In this document: positions 10,751 to 19,450 of the stretch, piece by piece
Layout: each line of letters begins with the position of its first letter
How positions within the stretch are numbered: position 1 is the stretch's first letter
From: Hoeflea sp.
GTDB taxonomy: Bacteria; Pseudomonadota; Alphaproteobacteria; Rhizobiales; Rhizobiaceae
Direction: 5' to 3'
Assembly: GCA_965249925.1 (NCBI GenBank)
Contig: OZ252260.1
Coordinates: 1,852,449-1,916,448 of the forward strand
DNA: 64,000 bases
Translations under genes and position numbers: made by a program
The notes under the pieces: model-generated
Databases searched by the model: none
What the model saw: only the letters and a program-made list of their open reading frames with translations
Told to the model about the DNA's origin: nothing

Positions 10751-11617
10751 TTAGTCTTTAGCGCGCCTACGGATCAGTCCTTCCTGCGCCACCGAGGCGA
10801 TCAGCATGCCATCGCGGGTGTAAAGACCGCCGCGGTTGAGGCCGCGGGCGCCGCTGGCGCTGGGGCTGTCCTGGGCGTAGAGCATCCAATCGTCGAGGTC
10901 GCAAGCCCGATGAAACCACATCGAATGGTCGAGGCTCGCCGCCTGGATCTTGCCGCTGAAAACCGAAATGCCATGGGCGAACAGCGACGTGTCGAGCAAC
11001 GTCATGTCCGACAGGTAAGCGAGCACCGCCGACTGGATGCGGCGATCATTCGGCACCGGGCCGTTGGCGCGCACCCAGATGTTTTGCAACGGTGCCAGTT
11101 TTTCGCGGGAAATATAGTGTTCCAGTGAAATCGGCCGCATTTCGATCGGCCGCTCGCGCTCCCAATATCGGCGCACGTTTTCCGGCGCGTTTTTCAGGAA
11201 CTTCGCCTTCAGATCCGCCTCGCCGATGAGGCTTTCAGGCACCGGCACGTCGGGCATGTCGATCTGGTGGTCGAAACCCGGTTCCTCCACCTGGAAAGAA
11301 GCCGACAGCGAAAAGATGGCCCGCCCATGCTGAATGGCGACGACGCGCCGCGTGGTGAAGCTCGACCCGTCGCGGATGCGATCGACCTCGTAGACGATCG
11401 GCACCGCCGGATCGCCGGGCAGCAGAAAATAGGAATGCAACGAATGCACGAAGCGGCTGTCTTCGACGGTTCTTTGCGCCGCCACCAGCGCCTGGGCGAT
11501 CACCTGCCCCCCGAAGACACGCTGCCAGCCGCCTTTTGGACTGGTGCCGCGGAACAGGTCGACTTCGAGACGCTCGAGATCGAGGATAGACAGCAGCTTT
11601 TCCATGGCGCGCGACAT
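10751..11617 (-). CDS. tesB: Acyl-CoA thioesterase II
   Basis: RVFGGQVIAQAL, HSLHSYFLLPGD, RDGSSF, AYLSDMTLL, SLDHSMWFH, SVAQEGL. Confidence 0.95.
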   Translation of the reverse strand: MSRAMEKLLSILDLERLEVDLFRGTSPKGGWQRVFGGQVIAQALVAAQRTVEDSRFVHSLHSYFLLPGDPAVPIVYEVDRIRDGSSFTTRRVVAIQHGRAIFSLSASFQVEEPGFDHQIDMPDVPVPESLIGEADLKAKFLKNAPENVRRYWERERPIEMRPISLEHYISREKLAPLQNIWVRANGPVPNDRRIQSAVLAYLSDMTLLDTSLFAHGISVFSGKIQAASLDHSMWFHRACDLDDWMLYAQDSPSASGARGLNRGGLYTRDGMLIASVAQEGLIRRRAKD

Positions 11618-11724
11618 TTTGAACTCCGGATGGGTGTTTTTTTGGCCATATCGGGCCTGTATAGTCGGGACTTACAGGATGCGGTCTGCGGATCGCAACA
11701 GGCGATTGCCGGAGAAATCACATC

Positions 11725-12951
11725 ATGGCGGAAGAGATTATGGACGTTCTGGTTGGCGGCGGCGGTTATGTCGGCCTGTCGGCCGCCGTGGCCATCAAGG
11801 CGGCGGCACCGCATCTCGACATCCGGGTTGTCGATGCCGCGCCGCCCGAGGTCTGGAAGAAGGACGAGCGGGCCTCGGCCATCGCCGCCGGCGCCTGCCG
11901 CATGCTGCAGCAGATGCAGGCGTGGTCCGACATCGAGCCGCAGGCACAGCCGATTACCGACATGATCGTCACCGATTCGCGCACCGGCGATCCGGTTCGG
12001 CCGGTGTTCCTGACCTTCGACGGCGATGTCGCGCCCGGCGAACCCTTCGCCCACATGGTGCCCAACGTCGCGCTGGTCGGCGCCTTGCGCAAGCGCGCCG
12101 AGGCGCTTGGCATCCCCGTCGAACAGGGCGTCACCGTCGAGGCGTTCCGGTCCGACGAGCCGGCGCTGGAGGTAACGCTGGGCGACGGGCGTGTTTTGCG
12201 AACCCGCCTGCTGGTCGCCGCCGACGGTGTGCGCTCCAGGCTGCGCGACATGGCCGGCATCAAGACCCTGCATTGGTCCTACGGCCAGTCGGGCATCGTC
12301 ACCACGGTCGCTCACGAGCGGCCGCACGAGGGCCGCGCCGAGGAACATTTCCTGCCCGCCGGCCCGTTCGCCATCCTGCCGCTCACCGGCAACCGGTCGT
12401 CGCTCGTGTGGACCGAGCGCACCGCCGAAGCCGACCGGCTGGTCGCCGCCGACGATCTGCTGTTCGAAGCCGAACTGGAGCGCCGTTTCGGGCATCGGCT
12501 CGGCGCTCTGGAACTGGTCGGCGGCCGCAAGGCGTTTCCGCTCGGACTGACGCTGGCCCGCGACTTCGTGGCACCGCGCCTGGCGCTGGCCGGCGACGCC
12601 GCGCACGGTATTCACCCGATCGCCGGACAGGGCCTCAATCTCGGTTTTCGCGACGTGGCGGCGCTCGCCGAAACCGTCGTCGAGGCCGACCGGCTGGGCC
12701 TCGACATCGGCGCCATGTCGGTGCTTGAGCGCTACCAGGTGTGGCGGCGCTTCGACACCTTCCAGATGGGCGTCACCACCGACGTGCTCAACCGGCTGTT
12801 CTCCAACGACATCGGCCCGGTGCGTGCGCTGCGCGATATCGGCCTCGGCCTGGTCGAGCGCATGCCGCCGCTCAAGAGCTTTTTCATCCGCCAGGCCGCC
12901 GGCCTGTCCGGCCCGCAGGGCCCGCGCCTGCTGCGTGGCGAGGCAATTTGA
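11725..12951 (+). CDS. UbiH/UbiF/Coq6-family FAD-dependent ubiquinone hydroxylase
   Basis: GGGYVG, DERASAI, AADGVRS, GPFAILPL, LAGDAAHGIHPIAGQGLNLG. Confidence 0.92.
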   Translation: MAEEIMDVLVGGGGYVGLSAAVAIKAAAPHLDIRVVDAAPPEVWKKDERASAIAAGACRMLQQMQAWSDIEPQAQPITDMIVTDSRTGDPVRPVFLTFDGDVAPGEPFAHMVPNVALVGALRKRAEALGIPVEQGVTVEAFRSDEPALEVTLGDGRVLRTRLLVAADGVRSRLRDMAGIKTLHWSYGQSGIVTTVAHERPHEGRAEEHFLPAGPFAILPLTGNRSSLVWTERTAEADRLVAADDLLFEAELERRFGHRLGALELVGGRKAFPLGLTLARDFVAPRLALAGDAAHGIHPIAGQGLNLGFRDVAALAETVVEADRLGLDIGAMSVLERYQVWRRFDTFQMGVTTDVLNRLFSNDIGPVRALRDIGLGLVERMPPLKSFFIRQAAGLSGPQGPRLLRGEAI

Positions 12952-12986
12952 CAGTTTGAGAGTGAAACTCGATCTGTCGAGACCGC

Positions 12987-13073
12987 AAATTCGGTGACAG
13001 TTTACTTAATTCTTTCAGATACTTACCGTTAAACTAACCTTTGAGTGGAATTAAGTAAACTGTCACCGAATTT
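12987..13073. repeat. 87-bp element with perfect 26-bp inverted arms (REP/MITE-like)
   Basis: AAATTCGGTGACAGTTTACTTAATTC (12987-13012) and its exact reverse complement (13048-13073) around a 35-bp AT-rich spacer. Confidence 0.85.
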
Positions 13074-13090
13074 CTGGCACTGCGGTGCCC

Positions 13091-13155
13091 CCAACGACAT
13101 CGGCCTGGGGCGTGCGCTACGCGATATCGGCCTGCTGCGTGGCGAGGCGATATAG
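13091..13155 (+). pseudogene. Degenerate, internally deleted duplicate of the ubiH-like 3' end
   Basis: 13091-13133 matches 12803-12845 at 40/43 nt; 13130-13155 matches 12926-12951 and still encodes LLRGEAI*. Confidence 0.8.
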
Positions 13156-13200
13156 GGCACAACCAGTCTGTCGCTTTCAACGTCGTGAGGGATATGCTAC

Positions 13201-13213
13201 TGAGTAGTACTCA
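13201..13213. promoter_or_regulatory. Putative antitoxin operator
   Basis: TGAGTA-G-TACTCA dyad 20 bp upstream of the antitoxin ATG, just after a TATGCT -10-like hexamer. Confidence 0.5.
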
Positions 13214-13233
13214 TGTAATTTTGACGGTGCACA

Positions 13234-13503
13234 ATGTCGATCAAAGCCTCAGTGTCAATTTCAAAACAGCAAAGTGTATTCGCGCGCAGACTGGTGGAGC
13301 AGGGACGTTATGCGAGCCTGAGTGCAGTCGTTCAACGCGGTCTTGAACTCGTGCGGGCGGAGTCGGAATTGAAGGACGCTGAGTTGGCGGCCCTGCGGGA
13401 ACTGCTTAAGCAAAGAGCGCAAGGGGAGTTTGAATCGCTCGAAGAAGGGCGCGCGCGTACGGACGCCATGATTGCCGCAAAGCGACGGGAACATGGCCTA
13501 TAA
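13234..13503 (+). CDS. parD: ParD-like ribbon-helix-helix antitoxin
   Basis: SVSISK..SVFARRLVEQGRYASLSAVVQRGL pattern (cf. GRYxSxSEVVRxAL); overlaps the toxin gene. Confidence 0.8.
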   Translation: MSIKASVSISKQQSVFARRLVEQGRYASLSAVVQRGLELVRAESELKDAELAALRELLKQRAQGEFESLEEGRARTDAMIAAKRREHGL

Positions 13504-13840
13504 GGTCGTCCGTTCCAAGCAGTGCCTATCGGATCTAACACTGATTTTCGACCATTTATTCGAAAGCTACATCGGTCTTGGCGATACGCCAGGAGAGGCA
13601 CTGGAACGGGCATCAAAACGCGTCCGATCCATCGAAGACCTCATGGCTTCCTTAGCGGGGGCACCGTTCCAGGGAACATTGCAGCCGGACCTAATGCCTG
13701 GCCTTCGCCACGTGACAAAAAAGCGCGTGGTTTTCTACTTCACCGTGGATGAGTACGCCAAAGAGATTCGTGTTCTGGCCGTGTTTTTTGGCGGACAGGA
13801 TCACCGGCGCCACATGCTGGTTCGATTAATGACCGGTTAA
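13493..13840 (+). CDS. parE: ParE/RelE-family toxin
   Basis: YKVVRSKQCLSDL..IFDHL ... LA.APFQG ... GLRH ... VVFY ... IRVLAVFFGGQD; start set at ATG 13493. Confidence 0.8.
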   Translation: MAYKVVRSKQCLSDLTLIFDHLFESYIGLGDTPGEALERASKRVRSIEDLMASLAGAPFQGTLQPDLMPGLRHVTKKRVVFYFTVDEYAKEIRVLAVFFGGQDHRRHMLVRLMTG

Positions 13841-13905
13841 GCGAAGTCTCGCATTCGTAGACCGACCAACCAATCAACCGCACATATGCAACCCTGGCGA
13901 CAACA

Positions 13906-13959
13906 TTGACAAATCACCATCGATTTATCATATAAGTAAATGACCGGTCATTTACTTAT
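13906..13959 (+). promoter_or_regulatory. sigma70 promoter with a 28-bp palindromic TetR operator
   Basis: TTGACA at 13906-13911; perfect palindrome ATAAGTAAATGACCGGTCATTTACTTAT at 13932-13959. Confidence 0.8.
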
Positions 13960-13970
13960 GGAGGACGCGC

Positions 13971-14612
13971 GTGACAGGCATGGTTGAACCCAAATGGCGC
14001 CGCCGCGCCGATGCGCGGCCCGACGAGGTGCTCGACGCGGCCTTGCGGCTGTTCGTGCGCAACGGATTCGCCGCCACCAAGGTGGAGGAGATCGCCACCG
14101 ATGCGGGGCTCTCAAAGGGTGCCATCTATCGTTATTTCTCCAGCAAGGAGGAGATTTTCGAGCAGCTGGTAAAGCGCGCGCTGGCGCCGGTCGCGCAGGC
14201 CAGCACGGAGCTCGCACACACCTCCACGCAACCGCCGCCGATGCTGCTGAAAGCCATCATGACCATGGTGATGAACCGCATGGCCGATCCCGACACGATG
14301 GCGCTGCCACGCCTGGTCTTGATGGAAGCCGGCCGCTTTCCCGCGTTGGCGCAAGCCTATCGCCGGCAGGTCATCGACCGGGCGATCGATGCGCTCGAGA
14401 CCATCCTTCAGCGCGGCATCGACGAGGGCATCTTCCGGCCCGTCGACACCCGGCTGACCGTGCGCAACGTCATCGGCCCGATGCTCGCCCATGCCTTGCT
14501 CACTCAGATCTTCGGCATCGACGAAGCTGCCGGAGACTCGCCACAGACCTTTGTCGAAAGCCATTTCGATATTCTGCTCAACGGATTGTCTGCCCAAAAG
14601 GATGGAGGTTGA
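13971..14612 (+). CDS. TetR/AcrR-family regulator
   Basis: LDAALRLFVRNGFAATKVEEIATDAGLSKGAIYRYFSSKEEIF HTH. Confidence 0.92.
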   Translation: MTGMVEPKWRRRADARPDEVLDAALRLFVRNGFAATKVEEIATDAGLSKGAIYRYFSSKEEIFEQLVKRALAPVAQASTELAHTSTQPPPMLLKAIMTMVMNRMADPDTMALPRLVLMEAGRFPALAQAYRRQVIDRAIDALETILQRGIDEGIFRPVDTRLTVRNVIGPMLAHALLTQIFGIDEAAGDSPQTFVESHFDILLNGLSAQKDGG

Positions 14613-14613
14613 C

Positions 14614-15588
14614 ATGGATACTGTCCAAGCCTGGATCGTCGCCCTCTTCACCGCCCTCTGGCCGTTCGGCGATGACGCCGTTCAGGATGCGCGCTTCTAT
14701 GGTTATGTGGAGGGCCGATATGTCTATGTGGCGCCGCAGAGCTCTGGAATCCTCGAGACCCTCTCGGTAACCCGCGGCGACACGGTGAAGGAAAACGCCC
14801 CGCTGTTTTCGCTCGACGACAACAAGCAGCGTGTCGCCATGATGAAGTCGCTCGCCAGTCTTTCCGTCGCCGAGGCCGACCTGGAAAACGAGAGCACCGG
14901 CAAGCGTCCGGCCGAAATCGCCGTGATCGTGGAGCAGTTGCGCAGCGCCGAGGCACAGCTGGCGCTGGCCGAAGTGAACTACAAGCGCTCCAGCGAACTC
15001 GCTTCGCTGGATTTTGTCGCCAGCAGCAAGCTCGACCAGGACCACGCGTCCCGGGATGCCGCGGCGGCCGCCGTTGATGAGCAGCGGGCCCAGCTCGACG
15101 TGGCCCGCCTGCCGGCCCGCACCGCCCAGCTCAAGGCCGCCAAATACCAGGTCCGTGCGGCCGAGCAGGATGTCGTCCGCTCGGAGATCGATCTCGCCGA
15201 GCGGCTTGTCTGGGCACCGGCTTCCGGATACGTCCAGGAAACCTACTATCTGCCCGGCGAATATGTCGCGGCGGGCACGCCGGTCGTTTCCATTCTGCCC
15301 CCCGGCGAAATCCGGTTCCTGTTCTATGTCGGCGAACCGCAACGCGCCGGCCTGCGCTTGGGAACCCCGGTCCTGATCGGATGCGACGGCTGTGCCGAAC
15401 CGGTCAGGGCGAGAATCTCCTATCTGTCGTCGGATGCCGAGTTCACGCCGCCGGTGATCTACAGCCTGGAGGACCGCTCGAAACTGGTGTTCCGCGCCGA
15501 GGCGCTGCCGGATCAACCGACCACCCTGCTCCCCGGGCAGCCGATCGATGTGCGGGTGGCGCCCGCAAGCACCACGGTGCACAAATGA
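14614..15588 (+). CDS. HlyD-family periplasmic adaptor (YbhG-like)
   Basis: GYVEGRYVYVAP..G.L..L.V..G, coiled-coil hairpin, APASG.V, EFTPPVIYS..RSKLVF. Confidence 0.88.
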   Translation: MDTVQAWIVALFTALWPFGDDAVQDARFYGYVEGRYVYVAPQSSGILETLSVTRGDTVKENAPLFSLDDNKQRVAMMKSLASLSVAEADLENESTGKRPAEIAVIVEQLRSAEAQLALAEVNYKRSSELASLDFVASSKLDQDHASRDAAAAAVDEQRAQLDVARLPARTAQLKAAKYQVRAAEQDVVRSEIDLAERLVWAPASGYVQETYYLPGEYVAAGTPVVSILPPGEIRFLFYVGEPQRAGLRLGTPVLIGCDGCAEPVRARISYLSSDAEFTPPVIYSLEDRSKLVFRAEALPDQPTTLLPGQPIDVRVAPASTTVHK

Positions 15589-16526
15589 GCGAACCGGTCA
15601 TCGAGGTCACCGGCCTGGTCAAACGCTTCGGCGACAAGACCGTCGTCGACCACTTCGATATCAGTGTGCCGAAGGGGGCGATCTACGGCTTTCTCGGACC
15701 CAATGGCAGCGGCAAGACGACCACCATCCGCATGTTGTGCGGCCTGCTGACGCCGGACGCCGGCGAAGGCCGCTGCCTCGGCTACGACATTCTGAAGCAA
15801 TCCGACAGCATCAAGGAGCATGTCGGCTACATGACCCAGAAGTTCTCGCTCTATGCGGACCTGACGATCCGCGAGAACCTGGATTTCATCGGCCGCATGT
15901 ACCGCATCAAGGAGCGACGCAGGCGGGTCTCCGAAGCGCTCGAAGGGCTCGGCCTGGCCGACCGGGCTGGCCAGTTGGCCGGTGAACTGTCGGGCGGCTG
16001 GAAGCAGCGCCTGGCGCTGGCGGCCTGTCTGCTGCATGACCCGGACCTGCTGTTGCTCGACGAACCGACCGCCGGCGTCGATCCCAAGGCGCGACGCGAT
16101 TTCTGGGACGAGATCCGCCGCCTCTCCGACAACGGGGTCACCGTGCTGGTCTCCACCCATTACATGGACGAGGCGGTCCAGTGCGACAACATCGCCTATA
16201 TCGCCTATGGCAAGAAGCTGATCGACGGTCCGGCCAAGCAGATCCCCGACATGGTCGGCCTCCACACCTGGCGGGTCGAAGGCCCGGGCCTGGCCGACCT
16301 CGCACACCGCCTCGACGGGCTGCCGGGTATCGAACAGGTGGCGCGTTTCGGTTCGGTCCTGCATGTCTCGGGCACCGACGAGTCGGCTCTGAAAAAGGCT
16401 ATCAAGCCCTTCCGCTCGGACAAGACCTATCGCTGGTCGAAGCGCCCGGCCGGGCTCGAGGAAGTCTTCATCCATCTGATGGCGGGTTCGACCGACAATT
16501 ATGCCTCCGCCAGGAAGGCGGCATGA
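15585..16526 (+). CDS. ABC exporter ATP-binding protein
   Basis: GPNGSGKT, LSGGWKQRL, LLLDEPTAGVD, STHYMDEA. Confidence 0.93.
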   Translation: MSEPVIEVTGLVKRFGDKTVVDHFDISVPKGAIYGFLGPNGSGKTTTIRMLCGLLTPDAGEGRCLGYDILKQSDSIKEHVGYMTQKFSLYADLTIRENLDFIGRMYRIKERRRRVSEALEGLGLADRAGQLAGELSGGWKQRLALAACLLHDPDLLLLDEPTAGVDPKARRDFWDEIRRLSDNGVTVLVSTHYMDEAVQCDNIAYIAYGKKLIDGPAKQIPDMVGLHTWRVEGPGLADLAHRLDGLPGIEQVARFGSVLHVSGTDESALKKAIKPFRSDKTYRWSKRPAGLEEVFIHLMAGSTDNYASARKAA

Positions 16527-16527
16527 G

Positions 16528-17658
16528 ATGAGCCTGTCGTTCGGAAGATTCAGCGCGGTCCTGACGAAGGAATTCATTCAGATGCGGCGCGACCGCATGA
16601 CCTTCGCCATGATGATCGCCATTCCGATCATGCAGCTGATGCTGTTCGGCTTCGCCATCAACTCCGATCCCCGGCACATGCCGACCCTGGTCGAGGTCCA
16701 CGACAGCGGACCATTCACCCGTGCCTTCCTAGCGGCAATGCAAACGTCGACCTATTTCGATTTCCAAGGCACCGTCGACAACGGCCGCGAGGCCGACCGG
16801 GTGCTGATCACCGGCGGCGCCTCTTTCGTCGTCACCATCCCCGAAAACTTCGAGCGCGATGTGATCCGGGGCGCTCGCCCAGCGATCCTGGTCGACGCCG
16901 ACGCCTCCGATCCCTCCACCTCGGGGGCCGCGGTCAGCGCGCTCACCCAGATCGCGCAAAACAGCATTGCGACCCTGTCGACCGGTCCGCTCGCCTATCT
17001 GGCGCCGCAACCGGACGCCTTCGACGTGGTGCCACACCGGCGCTACAATCCGGCCGGTAAGACCAGCTTCAACATCGTGCCGGGGCTGCTGGCCGTGATC
17101 ATTTCGATGACCATGGTGATGATTACAGCGATGGCCATCGTACGCGAGAGCGAGCGCGGTACCATGGAAACGCTGCTGGCGACGCCGGTGCGCGCGCCGG
17201 AGGTGATGCTCGGTAAAATCACGCCCTATGTGCTGGTCGGCTACGTCCAGACCTGCGTGTTCCTGATTCTGGCCTTCTGGGTATTCTCCGTGCCCTTTGT
17301 CGGCCCGGTCGTGCCGTTTCTCATCGGTCTCAACGTCTTCATCGTCGTCAACCTGGCGCTCGGCTTCCTGTTCTCGACCGTGGCGCACAACCAGATGCAG
17401 GCAATGCAGATGTCGTTTTTCTACCTGCTGCCCTCGATCCTGCTGTCGGGGTTCATGTTCCCGTTCGCGGCGATGCCCGGCTGGGCGCAGGCACTCGGCC
17501 ACATCATCCCGTCGACGCATTTCATCCGCATCACCCGCAAGGTGATGCTGAAGGGTGCCGATCTGTCCGACATCGTGCCGGATCTGCGCGCCCTGCTGGT
17601 CATCCTGATGGTGATCACCCTGCTCGCCATGCTGCGCTACCGGCGCACGCTGGATTAG
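16528..17658 (+). CDS. ABC-2 type permease (YbhR/YhhJ-like)
   Basis: KEFIQMRRDR, RYNP, IVPGLL, RESERGTMETLLATP, LLSGFMFP. Confidence 0.92.
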   Translation: MSLSFGRFSAVLTKEFIQMRRDRMTFAMMIAIPIMQLMLFGFAINSDPRHMPTLVEVHDSGPFTRAFLAAMQTSTYFDFQGTVDNGREADRVLITGGASFVVTIPENFERDVIRGARPAILVDADASDPSTSGAAVSALTQIAQNSIATLSTGPLAYLAPQPDAFDVVPHRRYNPAGKTSFNIVPGLLAVIISMTMVMITAMAIVRESERGTMETLLATPVRAPEVMLGKITPYVLVGYVQTCVFLILAFWVFSVPFVGPVVPFLIGLNVFIVVNLALGFLFSTVAHNQMQAMQMSFFYLLPSILLSGFMFPFAAMPGWAQALGHIIPSTHFIRITRKVMLKGADLSDIVPDLRALLVILMVITLLAMLRYRRTLD

Positions 17659-17663
17659 ACCCC

Positions 17664-18113
17664 TTAGTCCGCGACGGTCTTGCGAAAATCGGTATGGCAG
17701 TCTGAACAGGTCTGGCCGAGGGCCATGAATTGTGGCCGGATGGCGCTGACGGCCGACGCCGCCGCAGCCGCATCCGACAGGACGGCGGCTTTGATCCTCA
17801 TCTCTTCAGACAGCGCCATGAAGGCGTCCCAATTCTGCCAAATCGCCGCCGTCGCCTCGCTTGGATGATCCATCGACCCTTCCGGGAAAACAACCGCGAC
17901 GCCCTGCGCGTGAACACCGATGGCGTCGGCGGCAGACGCCGCGGCGACGGCATCGAAGGCACTTTGACCCTTCACCATGTCGCCGATCGTCTTCATCTGC
18001 GCCGCGACGCTCTTCATCAGGTCCATGCGGTCCTTCACCACCCCGGTCGCCCCGCTGTGCGCCAGCGCGGCGGCGGTTGGAACCAGAATCAAAAACAGCA
18101 GGAGAAAGCGCAT
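17664..18113 (-). CDS. Cytochrome c' / c556 (class II cytochrome c)
   Basis: Signal peptide, R..LMK, FPEGS, AIWQNW..F, C-terminal CSDCH heme motif; start set at ATG 18113. Confidence 0.9.
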   Translation of the reverse strand: MRFLLLFLILVPTAAALAHSGATGVVKDRMDLMKSVAAQMKTIGDMVKGQSAFDAVAAASAADAIGVHAQGVAVVFPEGSMDHPSEATAAIWQNWDAFMALSEEMRIKAAVLSDAAAAASAVSAIRPQFMALGQTCSDCHTDFRKTVAD

Positions 18114-18231
18114 GGTCCATGCTGGCGGAAGCATGGAGCGAAAGTCAAGAAAGGATCGACTTGATGGCGCATTGTTTGCTGCCTGCGGCACCGGGAAAGC
18201 CCCGGCGCGGAGGGCGCCGGGGCGAGCGGCC

Positions 18232-18816
18232 TCACTCGGCCGGAACGCGCGTGTCCGCGCCGGAAAGCCGCTCCGGGAGCAGGAAGGCGATGCCGATGAA
18301 GGCGAGGCCGAGCACGATGCCGAGCAGGTCGCCCGGCAGGGCGGTCACGCCCTCGAACGTGGCGCCGGGCACCGTGCCGAGCGTTACCTTGCCCCCGGCA
18401 ATTGCCTCGAGCAGACCGGTCGCCTTGACCGCCGGATAGGTGGCCATGTAGGCGGCGGCGCCCAACAGTCCGCCGGCCACGAAGGCCACGGCATCGCGAC
18501 GGCCAGCGCCGACGGCAACGATGCCGGTGCCCGGGCAATAGCCTGACAGGGCCCAGCCGAAGCCGAGCAGCAGGCCACCGACGAAGACACCGATATAGGC
18601 GGTCTTGACCGACATGTGGCCGACATCGACGAGGCCGATCATCTGGCCGCCGAACATCAGTACCGATCCGACGCCGATGGCCAGAAGGATCGTTTTCATC
18701 AGTTTCAGGTCGATCAGCGCCAGCATGCGGCCGATGACACTCGGGTTGGAAGCCCCGATGCGGTCGAGCACCGCACCGAAAGCGGCACCGACCAGAATGG
18801 CAATCAGGATTTGCAT
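18232..18816 (-). CDS. YeeE/YedE (sulfur-compound transporter) family protein
   Basis: G.AFG.VL, GGLLLGFGWALSGYCPGT motif; multiple TM segments. Confidence 0.88.
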   Translation of the reverse strand: MQILIAILVGAAFGAVLDRIGASNPSVIGRMLALIDLKLMKTILLAIGVGSVLMFGGQMIGLVDVGHMSVKTAYIGVFVGGLLLGFGWALSGYCPGTGIVAVGAGRRDAVAFVAGGLLGAAAYMATYPAVKATGLLEAIAGGKVTLGTVPGATFEGVTALPGDLLGIVLGLAFIGIAFLLPERLSGADTRVPAE

Positions 18817-18819
18817 GGC

Positions 18820-19371
18820 TCAGGCCTCCTTGCGATAGAGCACGAGGGCGGTCGGGACCGCGGCGGCAAAAGCGCCGGCGGCAAAGATGTAGCCCGAAAG
18901 CGACGTCTGCAGCATGCCGGACATCATGTGTCCGGACGTGCAACCACCGGCGAGCCGCGCCCCGTAAAGAACGATAAATCCACCGGCGAAAGCCATGGTA
19001 TAGCGCTTTGCGGCACTTTCACCGAAATTGGCGCGCCACAGCACCGGGATCCGCCGGTCCGCCTTTTCGACGCCGCCACGCAACCACACCGAGACGGCGC
19101 CGCCGACCAGCATGGCCAAAACGAAGACGAAACCGTAATTGACCGGATTCGCCACCGCTTTGGCGTATTTGCCACCGGACTTTGCCAGATAGGCGTTCGA
19201 CGATGTGAACCCGTCTTCCGTCTGGGTGACAACGGAACCGTCGACGGCATTCCATAAAATCCCGTCGAGAATCACGAACTGCGTTGAAACTCCGATCGGC
19301 TTGGCCAACAGGACCGCCAGGAAGAAGACCAGTCCAAGAGCCAGCCCTCCCACTCTCCAGTCGAGCGTCAT
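18820..19371 (-). CDS. YeeE/YedE family protein
   Basis: PIGVSTQF, GGFIVLYGARLAGGCTSGH motif; GGAGG RBS before ATG 19371. Confidence 0.88.
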   Translation of the reverse strand: MTLDWRVGGLALGLVFFLAVLLAKPIGVSTQFVILDGILWNAVDGSVVTQTEDGFTSSNAYLAKSGGKYAKAVANPVNYGFVFVLAMLVGGAVSVWLRGGVEKADRRIPVLWRANFGESAAKRYTMAFAGGFIVLYGARLAGGCTSGHMMSGMLQTSLSGYIFAAGAFAAAVPTALVLYRKEA

Positions 19372-19380
19372 GAGTGCCTC

Positions 19381-19414
19381 CATAGATACATTCATTAATA
19401 TGAATATATCTATG
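19381..19414. promoter_or_regulatory. 15-4-15 inverted repeat containing an ATTC-N8-GAAT (SqrR/BigR-type) operator
   Basis: CATAGATACATTCAT-TAAT-ATGAATATATCTATG (1 mismatch), immediately upstream of the yeeE pair. Confidence 0.65.
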
Positions 19415-19450
19415 TTTTACGTGAAGCTTTTGATTTGAATCAACTGAATG

